A stretch of DNA of 64,000 nt, taken from positions 32,001 through 96,000 of the IMG/VR virus record IMGVR_UViG_3300022752_003639; one strand, 5' to 3'. The position numbers and the translations under genes were made by a program. This DNA comes from a virus. Every line of letters begins with the position of its first letter. The first letter of the stretch is position 1. Below the pieces are notes generated by a model. The model was not told the origin of the DNA and did no database searches. It was given only the letters and a program-made list of their open reading frames with translations. Below are positions 56,279 through 64,000 of this stretch, one piece after another.

Positions 56279-57356
56279 CCTAGAAGCTGTTGAAACACGT
56301 TATACAGCACAATGGAAAAGTCATGTTCCCAAAATTCTCAAAGCACAAGGACATCAAGTTCACGTTATCTCTGGTCCTGAAGATATTCCTAGTGCCACTA
56401 CTCCTGGTGCCTTTCTTAACTTTGGGGGGACTAATATCTATAAGTCTCGCCAAGTTGAAGAGATTGCTCGCCTTTTTACCTCCGGAACCATTGTGGCCGG
56501 CGACCATTTTCTTTTTACTGATGCTTGGCATCCAGGCATTATAAATTTAAAATATATGAGTTCTTTACTGAATATACCAGTAAAGATTCACGCACTATGG
56601 CACGCCGGATCATATGATCCCCAAGACTTTTTAGGTAGGCTTATTGGAAACGCTAGTTGGGTAAGACATTCAGAAAAGGCATTTTTTGAAGCTATCGACT
56701 TTAACTATTTTGCCACAGACTTTCATATTGAAATGTTTGTGCGTAATTTATTAAATGACGGACTAAGCGAGAATCCTTGGTTAGATGAGGATTTAGATGA
56801 TGCCTTAAAAGGACGATGGGCTGGGATCGTACGCTCAGGTTGGCCTATGGAATATATGGCAGAAACGTTAGCGCCATACAAAGGTATAAAAAAACGTGAC
56901 CTAATCCTATTTCCACATCGAATAGCACCTGAGAAACAGATTGAAATCTTTTGGGATCTTAGATTGATACTTCCGCAATATGATTTTGTAATATGTCAAG
57001 AACAACCACTTACCAAAGCTCAATATCATAAATTATTGAGTGAGGCTAAGATTGTGTTTAGTGCTAACCTACAAGAAACCTTGGGCATCAGTTGTTATGA
57101 GGGTGCCCTGGTAGATGCTATTCCGATGGTGCCAGATCGGTTATCATATACAGAAATGTACTATGAAGGATTTAAGTATCCCAGTCATTGGACAGAAAGT
57201 TTTGATAGTTATATGAGATATCGTGCTGATTTGGTTCATCATATCATTGTCACTATGACACACTATGAAAAACGTCTGCCGCAGTTGGCTAAACAAACTG
57301 ATGATTTAACAGCGAGGTTTTTCTCATGTCAGGCATTACTGAACAACTTGAATTAG
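56256..57356 (+). CDS. GT-B fold glycosyltransferase (GT4-like)
   Basis: FPHRIAPEKQ and the EX7E motif ETLGISCYE. Confidence 0.8.
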   Translation: MAKIFLVDLEAVETRYTAQWKSHVPKILKAQGHQVHVISGPEDIPSATTPGAFLNFGGTNIYKSRQVEEIARLFTSGTIVAGDHFLFTDAWHPGIINLKYMSSLLNIPVKIHALWHAGSYDPQDFLGRLIGNASWVRHSEKAFFEAIDFNYFATDFHIEMFVRNLLNDGLSENPWLDEDLDDALKGRWAGIVRSGWPMEYMAETLAPYKGIKKRDLILFPHRIAPEKQIEIFWDLRLILPQYDFVICQEQPLTKAQYHKLLSEAKIVFSANLQETLGISCYEGALVDAIPMVPDRLSYTEMYYEGFKYPSHWTESFDSYMRYRADLVHHIIVTMTHYEKRLPQLAKQTDDLTARFFSCQALLNNLN

Positions 57357-57586
57357 ACTTTGAAGAGGAATGGCCCGTGCGTGATTACTACGATGATGGT
57401 CCTGTGACCATAGACGATTACATTGTAGAATATAAAACATTTGAACAGGTCAGTTGGTGGAGGCTGAAGCAAATGCTGGAACGGTGGCCTGCCATGCGTA
57501 AGAGTTGGGAAGCATTTATAGTTGATTATAATGTATGCTTGGCTACTCTGAAATCAGAAGAAGACAATGATGATATCCCTTTCTAA
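57326..57586 (+). CDS. hypothetical protein
   Basis: 86 aa; LERWPAMRKSWE motif. Confidence 0.6.
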   Translation: MSGITEQLELDFEEEWPVRDYYDDGPVTIDDYIVEYKTFEQVSWWRLKQMLERWPAMRKSWEAFIVDYNVCLATLKSEEDNDDIPF

Positions 57587-58040
57587 ATTTATCTTAAATA
57601 CATTAGATCGAATGGGTCGAAAACGTATTGTATTGGATAGACAAAGTGCTGAACCATATCTCGAACGCTATTATATTTTTCTCCGCGACAGAAAACGGTT
57701 TCCTTTCAATTTGTTCTTGCACAAGTTTCTTAAATCAGATCCCGATGACGTGCATGATCATCCATGGCCTTATGCTACTCTAATTCTCAAAGGCGGGTAT
57801 TGGGAATACAAACCCGTTTTCAATGAGAAAGGAATAAAAGTTGGAGAACAGAAACATTGGTGCTCACCTGGTCATTTTCGCACTAGCTCTGCTACTAGTT
57901 TTCATCGTATCGAGTTAGAACCAGGTATTGATTGCTGGACATTATTCATGCCCGGTCCTACTAAACGTGAATGGGGATTTCTTGTTAATAATCGATGGAT
58001 TCATAACGAGCAATACCTCCAAGAGAGAGCTATAAAATGA
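57567..58040 (+). CDS. cupin-like protein
   Basis: LHKF..SDPDDVHDHPW ... SFHRIEL..WTLF. Confidence 0.7.
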   Translation: MMISLSKFILNTLDRMGRKRIVLDRQSAEPYLERYYIFLRDRKRFPFNLFLHKFLKSDPDDVHDHPWPYATLILKGGYWEYKPVFNEKGIKVGEQKHWCSPGHFRTSSATSFHRIELEPGIDCWTLFMPGPTKREWGFLVNNRWIHNEQYLQERAIK

Positions 58041-58210
58041 AAATAGGAACCAAATGGTATGGAGCCAATGGTGATCTATTTGAAATAGATGACTTAAGAT
58101 CTATAAATGGAGAAACTTGGGTTTTTTATACTAATACCTTTACTATGAAATCTTTTAGTACCCTCCTGCCTGCATTTTTACAGAGATTTCGCCGTTATGA
58201 TGACAAATAA
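58037..58210 (+). CDS. 57-aa hypothetical protein
   Basis: Read manually: MKIGTKWYGANGDLF..., coupled start. Confidence 0.55.
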   Translation: MKIGTKWYGANGDLFEIDDLRSINGETWVFYTNTFTMKSFSTLLPAFLQRFRRYDDK

Positions 58211-58379
58211 AAATGTTTTTGAAACTATCCTTAGTAAGTACAACTCTAAATCCTTAAATGAAATTAGATACGAATTGTATGAGGATATAGTAGAAGAATG
58301 TGCAAGATCAGTGGAACATATACGTGTATGGGACAGTAATCTAGGTGATCATATTCGAAGTAAGATGGGAACTTTATGA
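58197..58379 (+). CDS. hypothetical protein
   Basis: 60 aa; IVEECA motif. Confidence 0.55.
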   Translation: MMTNKNVFETILSKYNSKSLNEIRYELYEDIVEECARSVEHIRVWDSNLGDHIRSKMGTL

Positions 58380-59392
58380 GAATAGAAGAGGATATCAAGT
58401 TAGACTTTAGGGATGTTCTGATTCGTCCCAAACGTAGCACACTAGGCAGTCGTCGTGATGTAGATCTAATAAGATTTTACAAATTTAAGCATAGTAGATA
58501 TGAATATGAAGGCATACCTATTATGGCTGCTAATATGGACGGCGTGGGCACAATGGCAATGGCACTAGCTTTAGGTCGGCATAGACTGTTCACCTGTCTT
58601 ATCAAAACATATAATAAAGACATAGAAAACTTTGCTGAATTTAGAGTATGTAAGGATCATTATGCCGTAAGCACAGGTACCAGTTATGAAGACTTTCGTA
58701 ACTTAAACACCATTGTAACAGGCATCGGCGCTCAATTTATCTGTATAGATGTGGCTAATGGCTACAGTGAAAACTTTGGTGACTTTGTTGAAGAAGTAAG
58801 AAATCGTTGGCCAGACAAAACTATTATTGCTGGTAATGTTGTTACTGGTGATATGACACAGGAGTTAATTTTACGTGGAGCAGATATCGTTAAAGTTGGT
58901 ATTGGTCCTGGCAGTGTATGTACTACTCGTGTACAAACTGGTGTTGGTTATCCTCAACTCAGTGCAATCATCGAGTGTGCCGATGCGGCTCACGGTCTCG
59001 GTGGGCACATTATTGCTGACGGTGGCTGCACTTGCCCCGGAGACGTTGCAAAGGCTTTTGGTGCTGGCGCAGACTTTGTGATGCTAGGCGGTATGCTGGC
59101 TGGACACGATGAAGGTGGTGGCACTGTGGAAAACGGAAAGGTGACCTTCTATGGTATGAGTAGTGATACCGCTATGGAACGTCATCACGGAGGCGTAGCA
59201 GAATATCGTAGTTCAGAAGGACGTACAGTGAATATTCCATATCGTGGTCCTGTAACAAAGACTGTACTAGACATTTTAGGTGGGCTGCGTAGTGCCTGTA
59301 CCTATGTTGGAGCAGAAACTCTTAAACAACTGCCTAAATGCACAACATTTATTAGGGTCAATAGACAAATTAATGATGTTTTTATTAAGTAA
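58376..59392 (+). CDS. guaC: GMP reductase
   Basis: [50 protein letters not shown]. Confidence 0.93.
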   Translation: MRIEEDIKLDFRDVLIRPKRSTLGSRRDVDLIRFYKFKHSRYEYEGIPIMAANMDGVGTMAMALALGRHRLFTCLIKTYNKDIENFAEFRVCKDHYAVSTGTSYEDFRNLNTIVTGIGAQFICIDVANGYSENFGDFVEEVRNRWPDKTIIAGNVVTGDMTQELILRGADIVKVGIGPGSVCTTRVQTGVGYPQLSAIIECADAAHGLGGHIIADGGCTCPGDVAKAFGAGADFVMLGGMLAGHDEGGGTVENGKVTFYGMSSDTAMERHHGGVAEYRSSEGRTVNIPYRGPVTKTVLDILGGLRSACTYVGAETLKQLPKCTTFIRVNRQINDVFIK

Positions 59393-60260
59393 CTGTTAGT
59401 AGGTTTTTATCTTTATCACTTACACAGTAGACCATTCCGCACTTGTGTAGTTCAACAGGATATGCGAATGTTGAATTCCAAATATTACCTAAAGGGCGAT
59501 TCCCACATTCACTTCCTGATGCCCATCCAGTTTCTTGAATATAGATAGTATCTATGCCTGCACTACATAATTGACCTGTATAACTAGGATTTTTTATTTG
59601 TAAAATTTCAATTTTTTCATTAAATGTTTTTTTTGACATTTCTTTTTTTTCTTCCAATACAGACTTACCTAATAATTTTATAATTTGTGCATCGGTATAT
59701 GGTATCCACCCTAACGCTTGTTCTCCGTTTTTGTACAAAAGTTGTTTATTAACAATTATGTTAAACTCATTCTGAATACGCTCTAAACGATACAAATCGT
59801 TATCGAAATAATCAGGTCTTATCGGAACATTTACAACAATATTTTTTTTATTTTTTTGAAACGCCTCTATAATAAACTTGATAAGATTATAATTTTGCCA
59901 GTAATGAAAAGTTAAATGTAGTTTGTCAACATGAGGTTCAATAGCCCACCAATCTAACCACATTTTACCGCCATTGGTAATTAATTCAATATTTCCATTA
60001 TTATCTTTACATATTTTTAAAATTTCTGGAAAATCGTGAAACTCCAATGGTTCGCCTCCATCAAATGTCCAATCGATAAGTCTACCTAAATTGCTGAAAT
60101 GTGTAATTGTATATGATACAAATTTTTTGTATTCTTCTACAGATCTAGGTTCTTCACCACCCCAATACTTGGTAGGACAATATGAACATCCTCCAGAGCA
60201 GTAATTATGTAATGCCCACCAAATCTTAGTTCTTTTTAATTCTCTTCTTGCGATATTCAT
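59385..60260 (-). CDS. radical SAM protein
   Basis: CSGGCSYC (CxxxCxxC), GGEP, ITNG, C-terminal Cys cluster. Confidence 0.85.
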   Translation of the reverse strand: MNIARRELKRTKIWWALHNYCSGGCSYCPTKYWGGEEPRSVEEYKKFVSYTITHFSNLGRLIDWTFDGGEPLEFHDFPEILKICKDNNGNIELITNGGKMWLDWWAIEPHVDKLHLTFHYWQNYNLIKFIIEAFQKNKKNIVVNVPIRPDYFDNDLYRLERIQNEFNIIVNKQLLYKNGEQALGWIPYTDAQIIKLLGKSVLEEKKEMSKKTFNEKIEILQIKNPSYTGQLCSAGIDTIYIQETGWASGSECGNRPLGNIWNSTFAYPVELHKCGMVYCVSDKDKNLLTVT

Positions 60261-60261
60261 G

Positions 60262-60290
60262 TTGACAAACTCTAAATAAACATATATAAT
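60262..60290 (+). promoter_or_regulatory. consensus sigma70 promoter for queE
   Basis: TTGACA(60262-67)-17 bp-TATAAT(60285-90). Confidence 0.85.
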
Positions 60291-60331
60291 ATATTTAAAC
60301 TAATTAGGATTTTAACAACAGTGAGAAAAAA

Positions 60332-61198
60332 ATGAGTAAACTTAAAGTATCAGAACTTTTTTACAGTGTGCAAGGTGAAGGAAGATACATGGGTGTTCCC
60401 AGTGTGTTCCTTCGTGTATTTGGTTGTAATTTTACATGCGACGGATTTGGAATGCCAAAAGGAGAAAAATCCAATGAACGACATATTATCGCCGAAAATA
60501 TTTCAAGCATTACACAATACAGAGATCTACCTTTGGTTCATACAGGGTGCGATTCTTATGCTAGTTGGGATCCTAAGTTTAAGGATCTTAGTCCTGTGCT
60601 CGAAACAGATAGTATTGTGGACACAATCATGGATATGCTCCCTCACAAAGAATGGAGGAAAGAACACCTAGTTATAACAGGAGGAGAACCACTTCTAGGT
60701 TGGCAGCGTAGTTATCCTGACTTACTTAATCATCCTAAAATGAAAGGACTTACAGAAATAACGTTTGAAACAAACGGGACTCAAGAAATTTCACGGAATT
60801 TTAGTGAATATCTTAATGATTGGCTAGCGCCAGATGATCAAACACAATTCGAAAACTGGAGAGAATTAACCTTTTCAGTAAGTCCTAAATTATCAGTTTC
60901 TGGAGAACGTTGGGAAGATGCCATAAAACCAGATATCGTAGTTTATTATGAATCATTTGGCTATACATACTTAAAATTTGTAGTAGCAAGTAACGAAGAT
61001 GTAGCAGAAGCAGAAGATGCGGTAAACGAGTATAGAAAGGCTGGATTTAAAGGACCAGTTTACATAATGCCATTAGGCGGTGTTGAATCAGTATATAGCT
61101 TAAATAATAAAAATGTAGCACTCATGGCTATGAAAAAAGGATGGCGTTATAGTGATAGGCTTCAGGTGCCGCTCTTTAAGAACGCATGGTCGACATGA
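60332..61198 (+). CDS. queE: 7-carboxy-7-deazaguanine synthase (radical SAM)
   Basis: ELFYSVQGEG, FLRVFGCNFTC ... GCDS, ITGGEP, FETNGT, SVSPK, YSDRLQV. Confidence 0.9.
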   Translation: MSKLKVSELFYSVQGEGRYMGVPSVFLRVFGCNFTCDGFGMPKGEKSNERHIIAENISSITQYRDLPLVHTGCDSYASWDPKFKDLSPVLETDSIVDTIMDMLPHKEWRKEHLVITGGEPLLGWQRSYPDLLNHPKMKGLTEITFETNGTQEISRNFSEYLNDWLAPDDQTQFENWRELTFSVSPKLSVSGERWEDAIKPDIVVYYESFGYTYLKFVVASNEDVAEAEDAVNEYRKAGFKGPVYIMPLGGVESVYSLNNKNVALMAMKKGWRYSDRLQVPLFKNAWST

Positions 61199-61443
61199 CA
61201 CAACCGTTAGATATTCCAGAATTTGTCAAAATATATTTCCTTGTAAAACAGGATGGTATGATGTTTTCCCCTACAGGTAATTCAGGAGGAAATTATTTAG
61301 GCACTGGATTTTATTTGACAAGAACAGAAGCAGAACATACTAGAACAATGGAATACCTAAGAGAAACTGATTCTAAAACAAAGGTTCATATATTTGAATT
61401 AGATGTTCCCAACCCGGCGTATAAACATGAAAAATCTACTTAA
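61195..61443 (+). CDS. hypothetical protein
   Basis: ATGA-coupled to queE. Confidence 0.65.
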   Translation: MTQPLDIPEFVKIYFLVKQDGMMFSPTGNSGGNYLGTGFYLTRTEAEHTRTMEYLRETDSKTKVHIFELDVPNPAYKHEKST

Positions 61444-61822
61444 AAAAATATTCGGCATAACCGAAATGGAAAATGCCATTAAAGAAACCAGAGCCGCCGC
61501 AGAAGCAGCAGAAGTTAAATCAGATTTAACTCCGAAAGATCTAGCTACTCAAAACAAGGAACCCTGGGTAACTGTTATTAATACCCATGTAAATAAAGAA
61601 AATATTAGAAATGGTTTTTTTGAACTTGACTGGAATGAATATTTTGTGCTACAATTAAGGACTGCGGGATTTCGTGGCGACACCGACGAAGACATTGTAA
61701 ATCAATGGTTTACAGAACTTTGTAAAAATGTAGCCGCAGAAGAAGGTATAGACATGAGCCGTAGAAATACAGGCTATATAAACGTAAACAATATTGGGAA
61801 CGGACGTTCAGAGGTTAGCTAA
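61427..61822 (+). CDS. conserved hypothetical phage protein
   Basis: EPWV, NGFFELDWNEYF. Confidence 0.75.
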   Translation: MKNLLKKIFGITEMENAIKETRAAAEAAEVKSDLTPKDLATQNKEPWVTVINTHVNKENIRNGFFELDWNEYFVLQLRTAGFRGDTDEDIVNQWFTELCKNVAAEEGIDMSRRNTGYINVNNIGNGRSEVS

Positions 61823-62814
61823 TGGCCAAAACATATCTACTGATTGATACTGCTAATGTTTTTTTTAGAGCAAGGCATGTCATGCGTGGCAACTTAGAGG
61901 ATAAGATAGGACTTAGTATTCATACGGTACTAAGTAGTGTTAGGAAAGCATGGAGAGATTTTAATGGCGATCATGTTGTATTCTGCTTAGAAGGTAGATC
62001 ATGGCGCAAAGACCATTATGAACCTTACAAACGACAACGTACCGAAGCTCGCGCGGCATTGAGCCCTAGAGAAGCAGAAGAAGAAAAAATCTTCTGGGAA
62101 ACATTTGATCAGTTTAAAGAATTTGTAATTAATAAAACAAATTCGACTGTATTGCATCATCCACAATTAGAAGCGGACGATCTTATTGCGGGCTGGATTG
62201 ATTTACATCCTAAAGATAATCATGTAATTATTTCTACCGATGGGGACTTCGCACAACTTATCTCTCCAAATGTCAAACAATATAACGGCGTGATGGAGGT
62301 CACTACTACCCACTTAGGGTATTTCGATTCCAAAGGCAAACCAGTCACAGATAAAAAAACAAAGTTACCTAAAGATCCGCCTGACCCGCAATGGTTATTA
62401 TTTGAAAAATGTATGAGGGGAGATACTTCAGACAACATTTTTAGTGCTTATCCTGGGGTACGAGAAAAAGGAACAAAAAATAAAGTTGGTCTAAGAGAAG
62501 CATTTGCAGATAGAAACTCAAAAGGATATAACTGGAATAATCTCATGTTACAAAGATGGGTTGACCATGAAGGAAAAGAACATCGTGTGTTAGATGACTA
62601 TACAAGAAATAAACTGTTGTGTGATTTGAGAGGACAACCAGAAGAAATAAGAAATCTTATTTTTGATGTAATAAATGAATACATAAACCAAAATAAAGAT
62701 GTTCCACAGGTCGGAATTAGACTTCTGAAATTTTGTTCTACTTTTGATTTACAAAAAATTACAGATCAAATTCAAAGTTATTCTGAACCATTAAATTCAA
62801 GGTATATTGTATGA
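61822..62814 (+). CDS. T4 RNase H-like 5'-3' exonuclease
   Basis: IDTANVFFR, LEADD, STDGDFAQL, GDTSDNI. Confidence 0.88.
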   Translation: MAKTYLLIDTANVFFRARHVMRGNLEDKIGLSIHTVLSSVRKAWRDFNGDHVVFCLEGRSWRKDHYEPYKRQRTEARAALSPREAEEEKIFWETFDQFKEFVINKTNSTVLHHPQLEADDLIAGWIDLHPKDNHVIISTDGDFAQLISPNVKQYNGVMEVTTTHLGYFDSKGKPVTDKKTKLPKDPPDPQWLLFEKCMRGDTSDNIFSAYPGVREKGTKNKVGLREAFADRNSKGYNWNNLMLQRWVDHEGKEHRVLDDYTRNKLLCDLRGQPEEIRNLIFDVINEYINQNKDVPQVGIRLLKFCSTFDLQKITDQIQSYSEPLNSRYIV

Positions 62815-63287
62815 ATGCTGTTAGTAAAACTTTAATTCCAAATCAAGAATGGATCATAGAAGATCATGGAAAAAAAATAGGTTCTGTTTATAAAAAGAAA
62901 AAATCCTATTATTTTATTAGGAAAGGTAAAACAATTAGTTTTCCTAATTTAGATGAGATAAAAAATAAATTAGGAGTTTCAATTTCTGAAAACACAGCTT
63001 CTAAGAAAAATAATAACGATGACAATACATATTCAATTTATGATTATCCATGTGGAGTAAAACCATATAACACTTTATATAATATAAAAGAAAAATTGCC
63101 ATTGTTTTCTAAGAGCTCTAAAAGCCAAAGTTTGTATTGTGCAGGTTACTATGTTATTAAATTTCGTAAAGGTTGGGTTAAAAGTTTCTGTCCAAAATTA
63201 ATTACTTTAGAAAGATATCCTTATTACGGACCATTTAAACATGAACAGGAAATGAAACAAATGTTATCTACCTTAAATAAATCATGA
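62811..63287 (+). CDS. conserved hypothetical phage protein
   Basis: SQSLYCAGYY, FCPKLITL.RY. Confidence 0.75.
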   Translation: MNAVSKTLIPNQEWIIEDHGKKIGSVYKKKKSYYFIRKGKTISFPNLDEIKNKLGVSISENTASKKNNNDDNTYSIYDYPCGVKPYNTLYNIKEKLPLFSKSSKSQSLYCAGYYVIKFRKGWVKSFCPKLITLERYPYYGPFKHEQEMKQMLSTLNKS

Positions 63288-63502
63288 AACAATTAAACAC
63301 TATACCTATTGAAAATTTTTTAAATAAAGCTCGATTAGCAGTGAAAAGCAGTCAAAGAAACTTAACTTTGCCAATAGAAGAAGTAACGGAATTGTCAAAT
63401 AGTCTAAGCGTAGTAATGACTAGGTTGGCAGGTGAATTAGATCAAATTAAAGAATCTAATAACCAACCTATACAAATTAGAGTAGATGGTGGCAAATTCT
63501 AA
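63284..63502 (+). CDS. hypothetical protein
   Basis: 72 aa, ends VDGGKF. Confidence 0.7.
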   Translation: MKQLNTIPIENFLNKARLAVKSSQRNLTLPIEEVTELSNSLSVVMTRLAGELDQIKESNNQPIQIRVDGGKF

Positions 63503-63545
63503 ATTGTAAATAAATATATACGCATTTTAATAGTGCTTATATATT

Positions 63546-63845
63546 ATGTCCAGACCTAAACCACAAATATTATTAGAGTATACAAATAAAAAAAATTTTA
63601 AAACAGAACAAGTTTTAGAATCTCAAGCTATTTGGGCTGTATTCTACAAAGATAAACCAATAAATTTAAAAACTGTGGGATATTTAGGACAATCTCTTGG
63701 TCCTAAATATAAAAAAGTAAGTTTTTCAAATAGTGGACATGCTTTTAATCTTGCAGAAAAATTAAACAAAATGTTTAATACGACTGACTTCACCGTTTTC
63801 AAATTAACCACAGGTGAAAAAGTTACTGATGAATCCGAAAATTGA
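63546..63845 (+). CDS. conserved hypothetical phage protein
   Basis: MSRPKP, GPKYKKVSFSNSGHA; TAAATA at 63507-16. Confidence 0.8.
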   Translation: MSRPKPQILLEYTNKKNFKTEQVLESQAIWAVFYKDKPINLKTVGYLGQSLGPKYKKVSFSNSGHAFNLAEKLNKMFNTTDFTVFKLTTGEKVTDESEN

Positions 63846-64000
63846 ATTAACCAAGTACGCATTAGATACTTTAGAACTTCCTTATAATCAAAAAACGTTT
63901 AGAAAATACATGCACCTATGGTGGTGGAACACCAGGAACAAACAAAAAGGTGGATGGCGCCTTACCGAACTTGGATTTATGCATCTAAACGGGCCTATAA
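63829..64000 (+). CDS. partial hypothetical protein (3' truncated by window)
   Basis: MNPKIELTK...WWWNTRNKQKGGWRLTELG. Confidence 0.6.
   Translation, partial: MNPKIELTKYALDTLELPYNQKTFRKYMHLWWWNTRNKQKGGWRLTELGFMHLNGPI

Noticed and set aside
14172-63862. Many short antisense or overlapping ORFs in the track (e.g. 14172, 15044, 16514, 42694, 47233, 50498, 53160)
   Set aside because: They lie within well-supported genes in other frames and have no SD, promoter or recognisable motifs.
1-64000. Stop-codon reassignment (code 4 or 15), common in some large phages
   Set aside because: TAA, TAG and TGA all terminate full-length recognisable genes, and conserved enzymes are uninterrupted.

Overview
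A 64-kb, AT-rich, gene-dense segment of a large tailed dsDNA bacteriophage with T4-like replication genes, most likely a jumbo phage of a Gram-negative host. It uses the standard genetic code, and all but three genes are on the + strand. It encodes replication genes (family B DNA polymerase, sliding clamp, clamp loader, RNase H-like nuclease), a proteostasis set (ClpP, ClpA, DnaJ, GroES, peptide deformylase, Dps), tail fibres, a lysis cassette (spanin-like pair, GH19 endolysin, holin-like protein), a block of putative capsid-internal proteins, and a 7-deazaguanine DNA-modification pathway (QueD, QueE, TGT/DpdA-like, DpdL-like, adjacent glycosyltransferase). Consensus sigma70 promoters and TAAATA late-type motifs are both present. 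The most notable signals read from the sequence are: (1) a preQ1-I-like pseudoknot with a mutually exclusive SD/AUG-sequestering hairpin upstream of queD; (2) an A_AAA_AAG heptamer plus hairpin giving a probable programmed -1 frameshift that adds 77 aa to a 933-aa modular protein; (3) three adjacent nucleotidyltransferase-fold genes, two with clear capsid-targeting-like N-termini; (4) a kinase/EEVS-like cyclase/SDR cassette next to a UV endonuclease; (5) twin hairpins at the polymerase ribosome-binding site. All family assignments come from motif recognition by eye; no database search was run. No tRNA, rRNA, CRISPR array, intein or transposase was recognised.
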